Source of the DNA: Felis catus
Taxonomy: Eukaryota
NCBI RefSeq assembly: GCF_018350175.1
Contig: NC_058368.1
Span: forward strand, 35,590,001-35,654,000
Reading direction: 5' to 3'
DNA: 64,000 nt
Shown piece after piece: positions 49,974-63,837 of this stretch. Position 1 is the stretch's first letter, and every line of letters starts with the position of its first letter. Under the pieces are notes generated by a model. That model saw only the letters and a program-made list of their open reading frames with translations. It made no database searches and was not told where the DNA came from. Made by a program: the position numbers and the translations under genes.

Positions 49974-51957
49974 TCACAGGGTTTTGATGGAAACTGCTTT
50001 AAAATGAAATTGAGAGAATATCAATTGTCTATATGGATTCAGAGGGTATTTATATGGTTAGGAGAAGTTCTAGGTGTACATTAATTATAGACACATGCAA
50101 AACTAAACATAACAACTAATATTAACTCCAAAGGAAACAAAAAGTTGCACAGGAAAAAAATCATTGATCACTATATAATCCAACACTGATAGAGGTCTCA
50201 GAGTCCTAATAAATATTGATCCGATCAAAATTACGATAGAACTGTATCGAACAGATGGAAGGAATGGCAGTGTGCAGTAGAGGCAGGTGTTTGTGGAACA
50301 AGGAGTTAAAACTTTGTCTCCCATTAGTGTAAAATCAAGGTAATAAAATCTAAATTATAAAAATAAGCAGTGTTATAAACATTTAGAATTTTGGAGGTAA
50401 ATACCAAACAAATCAGCTACAAGAGTTGAATATGGTTGTCTGAGTATTCTGGACCAGGGCAAGAATCATTTAACAAGACTTGTAGAACAATTTGACTCTT
50501 GTAAACTCTGTGTATGTATAACACTTTGATTTTTTTGTTATTTTGTTAAGAATAGTAAGTAGTTTTCCATCGATAAGAAAATCAGCCAATAGTATATTTA
50601 ATCAATGGATTTTGTATTAACTCTTAATCCAGGTGAAACGTTTATGTTTTAAGGTGGATAAAGGTCAAAAACCTGAAAGCAATACTACGTTGTATTTCTA
50701 CATATATACGTGCTAAAGAAGAATGACTTGCTCAGGGAAAAACAATGCAGAATGTCATGGCCTCTTGGAAGGAGGACAGTGAGAGCAGAGAATGGTCCCA
50801 GAAGTGCCTCCCCTCTAGAGTATTTTGTTTCTCCTAAGCAAATGAGGTGAAGTAATACATTTAGACAAAGCAGGAAGCAAAGAGGCAAGGAAGAGAAGGG
50901 TAACGTGAACAGCAACAATAACATTAAAATCGGAGATGGGTTCCTCTTTCTGACAACACTTTGTCACTCCATATAGTCCCTCCATTTTTCTTTCACTTCC
51001 TTTTCTCTCTGTTTTGTTTTGCTTTTGTTGTTTTGTGCACTGTGTTTGGGTTTCCATCAGTGTTCCAACATGCGGTTGCAAAGACTGTACCTCTCTCCGG
51101 TGACAGTTCTGTACTGTCGTGCCTCTTGAGAGGGTCTAAATTTTCTTACCTCCCATCAGCTTTTAAAGTTAATCGTGGTGGTGTTTTTAAGTAACAAGGC
51201 CTCAGTAGGAGTAATTCTGAGTAAAATACAGTGTTACCAATTAAACTTGTTTTCTACCCCAGCCCACCATGTAGTCATGTCTTTGGAGAGTACCAGCTTT
51301 AACTAAAACCAGGGTGCTATTTGAAACACAATTGTGTCATTAAGCATATTGAGAAAACAGGAAGTAGCTACTGCCTGGATTGGTTCAGTCATGCAAACTC
51401 ATCAGAAGCCAGGCTCCTTCTACACTGCCATCCTCAAAGCATTGACTCAGTTTTCAGATTTACCCCTTGCAGTGCTATGGGGATCGCCACAGTCCCAATG
51501 TGTGCTCGAAGAAGGTTGTTTCATACCATGCATCTCTGTTGCATTACTGAGGAAATCTTTCTTAGCAACCAAAGCGGACAGTCTTTCATGTTGCATTCAC
51601 CAGCGTTGGGCCACATGCAAAGGAGGGTGGAAAAAAATGAGAATCTAGGATTTTCAACTTCTACAATGAGAGGGAGGTTCTGCCAGCAAGCAAGTGGGGG
51701 TATGACATCTCCGTTGGCTAGGTGACCCACAGTGCCTACAACTGTCCTTGGATGCCTTAGAACATCCACCACCATACCCCGTGGAGGGCATAGAGGTGCC
51801 CAGCAGACAGAGCCATACCTATCAGATGTAGCAGCAATGCCTACCAGAAGCGGCACTACCGAGAAGGAAAGGCAGTACCAAATGGAAGCCTCAGTGGTGC
51901 CAGTGGGCACAGTGTGTCCGACAGACATTAGCCAAGTTCAGCCCTGGGAGAGACTGT

Positions 51958-52154
51958 AGCTTCATTGTTCAATATAATCACCAATATCCACCTGTGGTGC
52001 TTCAAACTGAAATAAAATTTGAAATTCAGTTCTTCACACTGCCTACATTTCAAGTGTGAAACACCCACTAGTAACTACACCTAGTTGCTACCATATGATG
52101 CATCACAGGTAAAGAATATTTCCATCTTTACAGAAAGTTTATTGGACAGTACTG
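51958..52154. mobile_element. MER3/MER33-like hAT-Charlie MITE
   Basis: aaattcagttct...cacact.cctacatttcaagtg...ctagttgctaccatat...agaatatttccatc...cagaaagtttattggacagtactg. Confidence 0.75.
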
Positions 52155-52197
52155 GAGCAGAGCAAGGGAAGAACTTCTCACGGGACAAATCCACATA

Positions 52198-52762
52198 TGT
52201 AGAAATAAGATTACATTACACCTCATCTCCAAGGATCCCCAGGAAGTCATGGTACAAACTTTTGGTCAAGATAGGAACGAAATTTACTAGCTAATGATTT
52301 ATAACCTGCTGTTTAAAGCCCAAAATTCCCACGGAGGCACCCAGTGTCAGCTAGTCTGCATTTAGTGAAAACGTGTAGGTTGATGGTCCCCCCCCACCCC
52401 CACCCCGGTTTACCTGGTCACTCAGCCTGGTTCTGACCGTGAGATCAGTGTAGCATAAAAACTTCCAAGCAAACTTGTGCCTCATCTTCCCTAAAACAGA
52501 TACCTTGTTCTCCTATTGGTAGCCATGACTCCCAGATGGAGCATGTTCTGCACAATTGAGAGAAGACTTTGGAAGCTGTGCCCAGGTGTTCCAGACCTCT
52601 GTAATGTTGCTTTGTGCTTTCTTGCTCCTGGTGCCGTGTATCCTTTGCTTGTAATAAATCTTTCATGAGTATATCTTGTTAGAATCCTGAGAGTCCTTTC
52701 AATTATCTGACCCCGAGTAATTGCCGTACCCCATGGTGGCCCATCAGATTTGGTCATTAACA
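52198..52762 (+). mobile_element. ERV solo LTR (MER21/MER68/MER77 group-like)
   Basis: TG...CA termini with a CATA duplication at 52194-52197 and 52763-52766; tgtatcctttgcttgtaataaatct...catgagtata...gagtcctt near the 3' end. Confidence 0.7.
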
Positions 52763-53814
52763 CATACGAAATACCCTCCTGACGCTCCTAGAAGTAACTA
52801 GATTGAACTTTACAAGGCTCTGGAGGTCCCACACCAGCAGATGTGAGCAAGAAACATCCATATATATATATATATAAATAAGACTTTGCCGTTGTTCTTC
52901 ACCCTTACATGCCAAATGGAAGTTACAAATGGAATGATATAGTTTGATATGAATATAAATCAGAGATTATTTGTGTTCGAATCCTTGTAAAGATAATTTT
53001 ATTGCCTAAACCTCCTTTTTTTTCTTCTATATAATGGGAAATATTGCAGAATTCCAATCATAGGATTGCTTGAGGGTTGATTTATACAATACATGTGGTA
53101 AGTACGTACAATGATGATAGTGTAGGAAGAACTCTGTAAGTATGAGCTCTTGTTACATACTGCCCAGCTAAGTATATGTGTTAAATATGAACATTTATAA
53201 CAAACTGGATAATGCATTACCTTAAAGATATCATTATCTGTCTCAGATTTTATTTTATTTCATTTAGTGGCATTATCTCAATTACCTTCCAACTTTACAT
53301 CTATTTTGTTTTCCTTTAAATGATATTTTATATGAATGCACCCTGTATCTGAGTAGAGTGCTAGATCTTCTAGCTCTAAATGGAATAATATTTTCATATG
53401 CTCTATATATTCTATGCGTGGCTCTTGCTCAGTGGGAAAATTATGGATGTAGTTGTTAGGCCGCTAACTCAAATTCTTCCCCTGGTGGTTAATCATGGTT
53501 TCTAATCCCAGTGGTATAAACGGCTTTCTGGCAGCCTTCTGGCATAATCCTCTCACTTTATAGTGAGATTTCACAGCTAGTAAATGATAGAACTGGGACT
53601 CCAATCCAATCAGACCCATATAAATGTTGAAGTTGTAAGAATATATAGATGATACGGTATATTTCTGGAGAGGATATCATTTGTGATAGACATATGAGAT
53701 TATAAAGAGACAAACATAATTTTAAGAAATTGTTCAAACTAATTCATATGACCGTGCTGCAGGAGAGGCAATATAAGATATTTTTCCTACTGTTAAAGAA
53801 CTTAGACCCCTAGT

Positions 53815-54330
53815 TGTACTTGTCCTGTTTGAGTTTCTTTAAACCACATGAAATAGAAACCCATTCAAGATAACTCACATAAAATGGTGATTTATTGTAA
53901 GACTCTATCAAAGAAGAAAAAGTAATATGGATGCATTTCAGGTAAACTAGAACTGGAAAGTGGAATGATATTAAGAATTGAGACAGGCACATAATCTCTT
54001 CCTCTCGTGGTGACAAATTCTCTAATCTGAGAATTCTTTGCTTTGAATTCCTTTCTGTCTTGCCTGGTTTTCTCTCCTGGCGTACATGAACATAGCCAAC
54101 ACAGCCTGACTCTTAACTCTAGAGTTCATCACTTTGTGATGACCAGCATTGTGTCTCTCTTTTCTTTCAGGCAGCATCCTCCTTACCATTATAGTCCATC
54201 CGCATTGTTTTCTGTCGGCACAGAAGTTCATCTGTCATTAATCAGTTTGGATGGAGGTTTGTGGACATCTGGAATCTACAGCTGACCCTTACAAGGCTGT
54301 GGGAAAGTAAGTACCTCCAAACATATCCTT
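53815..54330 (-). mobile_element. Old ERVL-type LTR (LTR33-like), tentative
   Basis: agaaacccattcaagataact...atttattgtaaga opening motif; highly diverged. Confidence 0.45.
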
Positions 54331-55329
54331 TACACATATACTCGTGTAACGTTCAAGAACCATACAAGGGTGGCCATTTAGGGCTATTCTCGAGGTGTCA
54401 CATGAAATATATGCCAAATATGTAGTAAAAACAGAAGTTCTTCAATCGTTCCACAGTAGCAGATATCCATCTGCACTGAAGCTCCAGGAAGTCCAAACAA
54501 AGGATGTAGATGTGAAATGATATCTTGAAGAATGGGTAGAGTATGATTATTTGGAAAGAAGATAAAAAGGTATTGCACTCAGGCAAAAGGGCATGAAGGT
54601 AGGAAACGTTAAGGTACAAAGAGTAAAGTATTTGAATTGGAGTAGAATGTCCATAAACAGTTATAACAAAAGATGAGGTTGTAAAAGGTAAATTGTGTGC
54701 TAATTGGGGAGGATACTGTGGTGCATATTATAGAGAATGGTTTTGATTCTAGAAGCAAATTTGGATAAGACTTGAATTGTAAAATATTTTCTATGTTGAA
54801 TACATGGGGAGAAGTTTTGATATTGGGACTGTTTGAAGATGAGACTTGGGTGGTTCAGTATTGGAAAAAAAGAGAAAAGGTAATATAGCATATTCTACCT
54901 CTAAGACTCCATCCTTAGGAAATTATAAAAGATAAAGACCAATATTTATGTACCAAGATATTTATGGCAGCACTATAAATAAAACAAAATTCTGGAAATG
55001 ATTTAAATACCCAAAAACATGGAGATTCATTAATAAATTATGTATACCCAGATGTTGTATCATTAAAAAGAATGTTTCCAAAGAATATTTGATGATATGG
55101 GGGGAAGGGAGGTGAAGCTACTCATCATTTATTAAATGCAAAATTCAAGGACAAAGCTAATGTTTATGTATATGATATTTCCAAAAACTTAAATCTTTCA
55201 AAGTTTTGATAATTCAATCTCTATTTCTTAAACAGAGGATATTAACATTACTGTTTACATTCTTTTATTATTGTTTACATTCTTGACAAAGATTTATTAC
55301 AGCAAGCAAATCTTGGTATCTACTATAAA

Positions 55330-55780
55330 TGTTAAGGTAAGTGCTAAGTTTTTATAACAAAAAGATACCCAAAAATATGCCTTCAATAAGACAGAGGTTT
55401 CTTTCTCTCTCACGTCTGGCTGGTATAGGCTTGTTGAGTAGCCCCACTTTGCAAAGTATTGTGGGGAGCCAGATTTCTTTTGTCTTCTTCTCCACCTTCC
55501 CCTGGGTTATTTTTCTTTCCTCCTGAAACCTGAGTTGGTGCCGTGTCCCTGTTCTAGCCTAAAGGGAGGAGGAAAAAAAGCACAAGTGCAAGCAACTTTA
55601 TTTTTAAGGTTGTGTAGCAAAATTTGCTCACATGACTTCTGTTCATATCTCATTAGCCAAAATGTGATCACATAGTCATACCTAACTATAAGGGAGGCTA
55701 GGAGATATGGTGAGAGGAATGTGCTCTATGACTTAAAAGGAGAAGAGAGGGGATAATTAAGGACCATAACATCTTCCACA
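55330..55780 (-). mobile_element. Old MaLR LTR (MLT1J-like)
   Basis: aataagacagaggtttctttctctctcac; acttctgttcatatctcattagccaaaa...tcacatagtcatacctaactataagggaggctagga. Confidence 0.7.
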
Positions 55781-56256
55781 TCTGCTAGAATACAATGGCT
55801 ATTCAAGAAACCTTTATTAACTGTTCCTCAAAAATCTAAGGTGTTTTTTTTTGTCTTTATGTCAGTAGTGGAAACTGTGATAGTCAGTAAATCAGCGACC
55901 TACTTTAGTTTCCTATTAATTGAGCAATTAGATAATCAAATATAGCAAGGATAAATCTCAGATCAAAAACTTAGGAAAAGGTAACCACATTCCTTTATTT
56001 TCTTTAAATCTATTTAAATCTCTAGATTTAGCCCCATTCCATCTGGTCGGAAAGAAATTCACTCTTAGATATTACTGGACTCTTCTCCTGGGTTTGTGTC
56101 AAGGATTTCCACCAAGCCCCCCTGGCCATCAGCTGTCAATGAGCATTAGGTGTGTGTTTCTCCAAGCACTGGACTCTGCACAGAAGACAGGAGTATTTTT
56201 GAGACCATAGGTGCATAACATATGTCTTATATGTGGGTAAGACACAGGTGTCTTTC

Positions 56257-56480
56257 AGGATGCCTGGGTGGCTCAGTTAGTTAAGCATCTGACTTCAGCT
56301 CAGGTCTCACAGATCATGAGTTTGAGCCCCATGTCGAGCTCTGTGCTAATGGCTCAGAGCCTGGAGCCTGCTTTGGATTCTGTGTCTCCCTCTGTCTCCG
56401 TCCCTCCCCTGCTTACACTCTGTCTCTCATACTCTCTCTCTCAAAAATAAACATTAAAAAAATTAAAACAAACAAACAAA
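56257..56480 (+). mobile_element. Can-SINE (feliform type)
   Basis: SINE head and tail; imperfect 18-bp TSD aagaca[c/t]aggt[g/t]tctttc. Confidence 0.93.
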
Positions 56481-56577
56481 AAGACATAGGTTTCTTTCTG
56501 CCATCAATTCCCACCCCAACCCTAGCACTGTCAGGGAACAGGTTCCAAAACCCTGTTAGGCAGGCCCTCAGGATCTG

Positions 56578-56580
<3 letters not shown>

Positions 56581-56628
<48 letters not shown>
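56581..56628. repeat. (TC)n microsatellite abutting the L1 tail
   Basis: Direct inspection. Confidence 0.95.
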
Positions 56629-56629
<1 letters not shown>

Positions 56630-56635
<6 letters not shown>

Positions 56636-59600
56636 TTTTTTTGAAACTATAATTAACATAACAATGTTACATTAGTTTCAGCTGCACAACATAATGATTC
56701 AACAATTTTGTACATAGCTAGGTGCTCACCATTATAAGTGTAGTCACCATCTGTCACCAAACAACATTATTACAATGTTATTGACTATATTCCCCATGCT
56801 GTATTTTTCATCTCTGTGAGTTATTTTATAACCGAAAGTTTGTACCTCTTAATCCCCTTTATCTATTTCACTCATTCCCTCAACCACCTTCCTTCTGGGC
56901 AACCACCAGTTTGTTCTCTGTGTTTAAGAATCTGTTTTTTGGTTTTTGGTTTTTGGTTTGTTGGTTTTTAGATTCCCCATATAAGTGAAACCATATGGTA
57001 TTGGTCTTTGCTTGCCTGACTTATTTCCCTTAGAATATACCTTCTATGTCCATCCATGTTGTTGCAATTGGCAATATCTCATTCTTTTTGAAGACTGAGT
57101 AATATTCCATTGTACGTATATATACATGTGTGTATGTTACATCTTTCTTATTCAGCTGTTGATGGACACTCAGGTTGCTTCCATATATTGGCTATTGTAA
57201 ATAGTATTACAATAAACATTAAAAAATACATATGTATCTTTTTCAGTTAGTATTTTCATTTAATTGGGTAAATACCCAGTAGTTAAATTACTGGATCATA
57301 TGGTAGTTCTATTTTTAATTTTTTGAGGAGTCTCCAGACTGTTTTTCACAGTGGCTGCACCAATTTACATTGGCACCAACAGTGCACAAGTTTTTCTTTT
57401 TCTCCACATCCTTGCCACCATTTGTTGTTTCTTGTCTTTTAGATTCTAGCCATTCTGACAGATGTAAGGTGATCTCATTGTGGCTTTGATTTGCATTTCT
57501 CTGATGATTACTGATGTTGAGCATCTTTTTCATGCATCTGTTGGCCATGTGTATGTCTTCTTTGGAAAAATATCTGTTCAGGTCCTCAGCCCATTTTTAA
57601 CTGTGATTGTTTGTTTTGATGTTGAGTTGTAGGAATTCTTTATATATTTTAGATATTAGCCCCTTACTGGATATAGCATTTGCAAACATCTTCTGTCATA
57701 CAGTAGGTTGCATTTTTGTTTTGTTGATGCTTCCTTAACTGTGCAAAAGCCTTTTTATTTTGGTGTAGTCCCAATAGTTTATTTTTGCTTTAGTTTTGCT
57801 TGCCAGGGGAGACATATCTAGAAAAATGTTGCTATGGCTGATGTCAAAGTGATTACTGCCTACGTTTTCTTCTGGGAATTTTATACTTTCATGTCTCACA
57901 TTTAGTATTTAATCCACTGTGAGTTAGCTTTTCTGTACAGTGTAAGAAAGTGGTTCAGTTTTGTTCTTTTGCATGGAGCTGTCCAGTTTTCGCAGAGCCA
58001 TTTATTGAATGGATTTTCCTCATTTTACATCCCTCATTTACATCTTTACATTTTACATTTACATTCTTGCCTCCTTTGTCACAAATTAATTGACCATATA
58101 AGCATGGGTTTATTCCTGGGCTCTCTATTCTGTTCTCCTGATCTCTATGTCTATTTTTGTGCCAGTACCATATTGTTTTGATTGCTACAGCTTTGTAGTA
58201 TACCTTGAAATCTGGGATTGTGATACCTCCAGCTTTGTTCTTTCTCAAGATTGCTTTGGCTATTTAGGGTCTTTTGTGGTTTCATATAAATTTTTGGATT
58301 ATTCTAGTTCTGTGAAAAATGCTATTAGTATTTTCATGGGGATTACATTGAATCTGTAGATAGCCTTGGGTAGTTTGGACATTTTAACAATATTCTTCTA
58401 AGCCATTAGCATGGACTATCTTTCTATTCGTTTGTGTCATCTTCAATTTCTTTCATCAATGCTTTGTAGTTTTCAAAATACAGGTCTTTCACCTCCTTGG
58501 TTAAGTTTGTTTCTAGGTATTTTATTCTTTTTGGTACAATTGTAAATGGAATTGTTTTCTTGATTTCTTTTTTTGCTACTTCATTATTATGTATACACAT
58601 GCAACATATTTATGTATATTAATTTTGTATCCTGCAACTGAATTCATTTATCAGTTCTAGTAGTTTTTGGTGGTCTTTAGGATTTTTTATATATAGTATC
58701 ATGTAATCTGCGAATAATGACAATTTTCTTTCTACCTTAACAATTTGGAGGGTTATTACTGTATTTCTTTTTCTTGTCCGATTGCTGTGGCCAAGACTTC
58801 CAGTACTACATTAAATAAAAGTGGTGAGAGTAGGCATCCTTGTCTTATTCCTGAATTTAGAGGAAAAGTTCTTAGTTTTTCACCAGTGAGTATGCTATTA
58901 GCTATAATTTTCATGTATGACCTTTACTATATTGAGGCTTGTTTCTTCTAAACCTATTTTCTTGAGAGTTTTTATCATGAATGTATGTTTTATTTTGTCA
59001 AATGTTTTTTTTCTGCATCTATTGAGATGATCATATGGTTTTCTCCTTTCTCTTGTTAAGGTGATGCATCATGGTCATTGATTTGTGAATATTGAACTAC
59101 CCTTGCATCCCTGGAATAAATCCTACTTGATAGTGGTGAATGACTTTTTCTAATGTATTGTTGAATTTGGCTTGCTAATATTTTGTTGAGGATTTTCACA
59201 TCTATGTTCTTCAGAGATCTTGGCCTCTAGTTTTTCTTTTTTTGTATTGTGTTTGGTTTTGGTATTAGGGTAATGTAGTCATCCTAAAATGTATTTGGAA
59301 GTTTTCCTTCCTCTTCTATTTTTTGGAATAGTTTGAGAAGACTACTTACTGACTCTTCTTTAAATGTTTGATAGTATTCACTTTTGAAGCCATCTGATCC
59401 TAGACTTTAGTTTGTTGGGAGATTCTTTTTTTTTTTAATTACTGAATCAATTTCATTGTTAGTAATTGGTATCTTCAAATTTTCTGTTTCTTCCTAATTC
59501 ATTCTTGGAAGATTATACGCTTCTAGCAATTCACCCATTTTTCTGGGTTGTCCAATTTGTTGGCATATAATTTTTCATAATATTCTCCTGTAATCCTCTT

Positions 59601-62600
59601 TATTTCTGTGGTATTGGTTGTTATTTCTCTTCCTTCATTTCTGAATTTATTTTTTTGAGTCCTCTCTTCTTGATAAGTCTGGCTGAAGATTTATCAATTT
59701 TGTATATTTTTTCGAAGTATCAACTCCTGGTTGAATTGATCTATCCTATTGCTTTTTAGTCTCTGTTTCATTTATTTCTGTTCTAATCTTTATTAATTCC
59801 TTTCTTCTAGCTTTGGGATCTGTTTTCTATCTCTTTTAAGTGTAAGGTTACTTTGATATTTTTCTTGGTTCTCAAGGTAGGCCTGCATTACTATTAACTT
59901 GCCTCTTAGAACTGCTTTTGCTGCATCCCAAAGATTTTGGATTGTTGCATTTTCATTTTTATTTGTCTGCATGTATTTTTTAATTTCCTCTTTGATTTCT
60001 TGGTTGACCCATTCAATGTTTAGTAGCATGTTGTTTAGCCTCCATGTATTTGTGTTCTTTCCAGAATTTTTCTTGTAACTGATTTCTAATTTAATATGGT
60101 TTTAATTTTTTTTAATGTTTATTTAATTTTTGAAGGAGAGAGAGACAGAGTGTGAGTGGGGGAGGGACAGAGAGAGACACACACACAGATTCAGAAGCAG
60201 GCCCCAGGCTCTGAGCTGTCAGCACAGAGCCTGAGATAGAACTCGAACTCACAGACCACGAAATCATGACCTGAGCTGAAGTCTAACACTTAACCAACTG
60301 AGCCACCCAGGCGCCCCTATACTGTTGGGGTCCTAAAAGATACTTGATATGATTTAACTTTTTTAAATTTATTGACACTTGTTTTGTGGCCTAACATGTG
60401 ATTCTACTCTAGAGGGTGTTCCAAGTGATTTGAAAATAATGTGTATTCTACTCTTTTTGGATACAGTGTTCTGTATATATCTGTTATGTCCATCTGGTTT
60501 AATATGTCATTCAAAGCCACTGTTTCTTTCTTGATAATCTGTCTAGAATACCAATACACTGATGTAGGTAGAATGTTAAATTCCCCTACTATTACTATAT
60601 TCCTGTCATTTTCTCCCTTTATATCTGTTAATAATTGCTTTATGTATTTAGGTATTCCTATGTTTAATACATAGATATTTATAATTGTTATATCCCCTTG
60701 TTGGATTGTTCCCTTTATCATTAAGTAGTACCTTTCTTTGTCTCTTGCTACAGTTTTTGTTTTAAAGTCTATTATTTCTGACATAGGTATTGCTACCCTA
60801 GAATTTTTTTTTTTTGGTTTTTCACTTTTATTTGTATGATGTATGTTTTTACATACTTCTACTTGCAATCTGCATGTATCTTTAAGTCTGAAGGAGAGGC
60901 TTATAAGCAGGCTTATATAGATGGGTCATGTTTTTTTGTTTTGTTGTTTTTTTTAATTCATTCAGTGTCCCTATGTCCTTTGAAGTATTTAGTCCATTTA
61001 TATTTAAAGTAATTAATGATAGGTATGTATGTGTTGCCATTCTGCCACTTTTCCAGTTTTTATAGTTCTTCTCTATCGCTGTCTTCTTTACTTTCTTTTC
61101 TTGTGGTTTCATGATTTTCTTTAGTGTTATGCTTGGATTCCTTTCTCTTTATTTTTGCATATCTGTTACAGATTTTTTATTTGTGGTTACCATAGGTTTA
61201 TATATAACATCTTATGTGTTTTTCAGTCTATATTAAGTTGATGGTTGCTTAAGTTTGAATTCATTCTAAAAGCACTAATTTTTTACTCCCTTTTCCATAT
61301 TTTACCTAGATGATGTCACATTTTGCATCTTTTTTATTTTGTGTATCCCTTATCTTTGTCAATATAATTGACTTAATACTTTTGTGTTTTAACCTCCATA
61401 ATGGTTTTATTAGTGATTCATCTACTACCTTTATATGCTTGCAATTACCTGTGAAATTTTTCCCTCTTATAATTTTCTTACTTCTAGTTATAGCATTTTC
61501 TTCTACTCAACTTCCTTAAACATTTCTTCTTGTAAGGCTGGCAACAAACTCCTTTAACTTTGTTTGTCTGGAAAATTCTTCATCTCATTCTATTTAAAAT
61601 GATAACTTTGCTGGGTAGAGTATTTTTGGTTGAAGGCTTTTTGATTTCAGTACTTTGAATATATTCTGCAACTACCTTCTGGCTTGCAGAGTTTTGGTGA
61701 AAAATCTACTAATAACCTTATAGGGTTTCCCCTGTATGTAACTTTTTTTTTCCTGCTACTTTAAAAATTCTCTTTTTATCACTACTTTTTTGCCACTTAT
61801 ATTATTATGTAGTGTGGTGTGGTATGGTGTGGACTCTTTGGGTCAAATTTGGGAGGGTTATTGTGTCTTCTGTATCTGGATATATGTTTCCTCCCTCAGA
61901 TTGAGGAACTTAGCAGCTATTATTTCTTCATATAAGTTTTGTGCCCCCTTCTCTCTTCTTCTGGGATCCTTTTAATATGAATGTTACTGTGCTTGATGAT
62001 GTCTGAGTTCCATTAACCTATTCTCATTTTTTATTCTTTTTTTCTTTTTTCTGCTCTTCTTGTGTGCTTTCCATTTCTCTATCTATCTTCCAAGTCACTG
62101 ATGTATTCTTCTGCATCCTCTAATATGCTGTTGATTCTCTCTAGTGTACTTTTTTCTTTCAGTTATTGAGTTCTTCATCTCTGATTGGTTCTTTTTTATA
62201 TTTTCTAACTATTAAAGTTCTCACTAAGATCCTCCACTCTTTTTTCAAACCCAGTAAGTATCTTTATGACAATTACTTTCAATTCTTTATGAAGCATATT
62301 GTTTATTTTCATTTCACTTAGCTGTTTTGCTATTATTTGTCCTGTTCTTTCATTTGGGACATATTCCTCTGTCTCATTTTATCTAACTCTCTGTGTTTGT
62401 TTCCATGTATTAGGAAGGTCAGCTATTTCTCCTAGTTTTGCAAATAGTGGCCTTATATAAAAGAGGCCCTATGGTGCCTCATAGCACAATGTCTCCTGGT
62501 CATCAGAACCAGGCATTCCAGGAGTGTGTCTTCTGTGGGCTGTGTATGTTCTATTGTGGATGAGTTGCATTTGCCTTCAGTTAGGTGCAGTCACCTGCTT

Positions 62601-63517
62601 TGCCTGTTATCAGTGCACTGGACACTGTTGAGAGACCTGTCCGAGGCCACTGTGGGCTTGTAGATGAGCAGGGCCAGCTGTCAATCTTGATGTCTGTGCT
62701 GCATCTCTGTGTTAGGGCTGCAGGTGCACTGAATGGCAGGGTTTTCTCCCTGCATGGCCAGCTGAAAGGCTTGCTCCTGGAATTGCAGGCACACTGGTGT
62801 GTGTGGTTATCTCCCCCACTCCCCAGGGAAGGAGTCACTTTGGAATGACAACTGTCTCTGCTAAGGTTGCTTGCATGATGTGGTAGGACAGGAGCTGCTT
62901 TTCAGGGAGATGGACATGTTGGGTGGGGTAAGTCCACAGGGGTGTGTGAGGGTGGGGCACATAGTACTAACAAGATAGGTGGAGAATGTTTACACAGGTC
63001 ACCACAAATGTCTGGCTATCTAGTACTTGCCAGTACTTTTGTTCCTGGAGAATTCTCCTAAAGATCTCTGCCCTTCTCCTTATTTATTAACTGGCTCTTT
63101 AAGGATGGGGACTCAGTTTCCAATTGCCCTCTGGCTCTCCTGGAACTAAGCCCACTGATTTTTAGAACTTGTGAAATTAAGCTTACTGGTTTTCAAAAAC
63201 CAAATATTCTGGGGACTCATCTTCCCAGCGTGAGTCCCCAGAGCCTGGGGTGAGGTCTGATCCTCTTGCTTCTCCATACATGTGGTGCTCCTCCTGTTTG
63301 TGGTTAGTCTTGCCAGGAGTTTGGTTCCCAACTGAATGTCTGGCCATCCTACTTTTTTCAATGTGGCCTCTTGTTTATGTTAACTGTGGAAGGTCTTGTC
63401 TTCACATCTTTGGGTCATTTTCAGAGGTAGTTATACCAGATGCAGCTGTTATCTCTGGGTATCCATAGGATGAAGTGAGCTCAGGGTCCTCCTATTCCAC
63501 CATCTTCCTCACTACCC
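56630..63517 (-). mobile_element. Essentially full-length, decayed older LINE-1 (L1MA9/L1_Carn-like)
   Basis: T tail and 3' UTR from 56630; ORF2 remnants ([40 protein letters not shown] start MATHTYLSLITLNINGLN with ATG at 61040); ORF1-like region ~61530-62400; 5' start gaagatggtggaataggaggaccctgagctcac near 63507. Confidence 0.93.
60102..60318 (-). mobile_element. Can-SINE inserted in L1 ORF2
   Basis: ccaggctctgagctgtcagcacagagcc...caactgagccacccaggcgcccc. Confidence 0.94.
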
Positions 63518-63837
63518 TCCCAATTTATAGATCTCTTTGGACCTTCTCAGTTTTATGTAAAACTTTCTTTTCTCCCTTAGTAATGATTAAGGAAATATTG
63601 TGAGAGCCTGAAGTCCAGACTAACATTACACATGACAGAAAATGCTTTAGCTCTTAAGCAGGACTGCTTTCCACCCTGCAAAGTTTCTAGTGGCTTAAAA
63701 TGAGAAAGGAGGGTAAAATATAGCAAACAAACCACAAATAATCACCTATTAAAATGATTCAGTCCCCAATTTCTGGAATTGCATGTAAAGTCTGAACCAA
63801 TGTACTTCAGTATATGAACTATTTTTTTCTTATTTAA

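Larger units (their letters stand above)
47400..50520 (+). mobile_element. Very old L1M/HAL1-like relic hosting later SINE and MER58 insertions
   Basis: A-rich ORF1-like stretches (aaaattctgaaggaaaattatttttcacctagaatcc) and L1M-like 3' sequence; boundaries approximate. Confidence 0.5.

Noticed and set aside
51321..51959. Overlapping ORFs of 75-135 aa
   Set aside because: Partly within degraded MaLR-like sequence, non-ATG starts, no recognisable homology.
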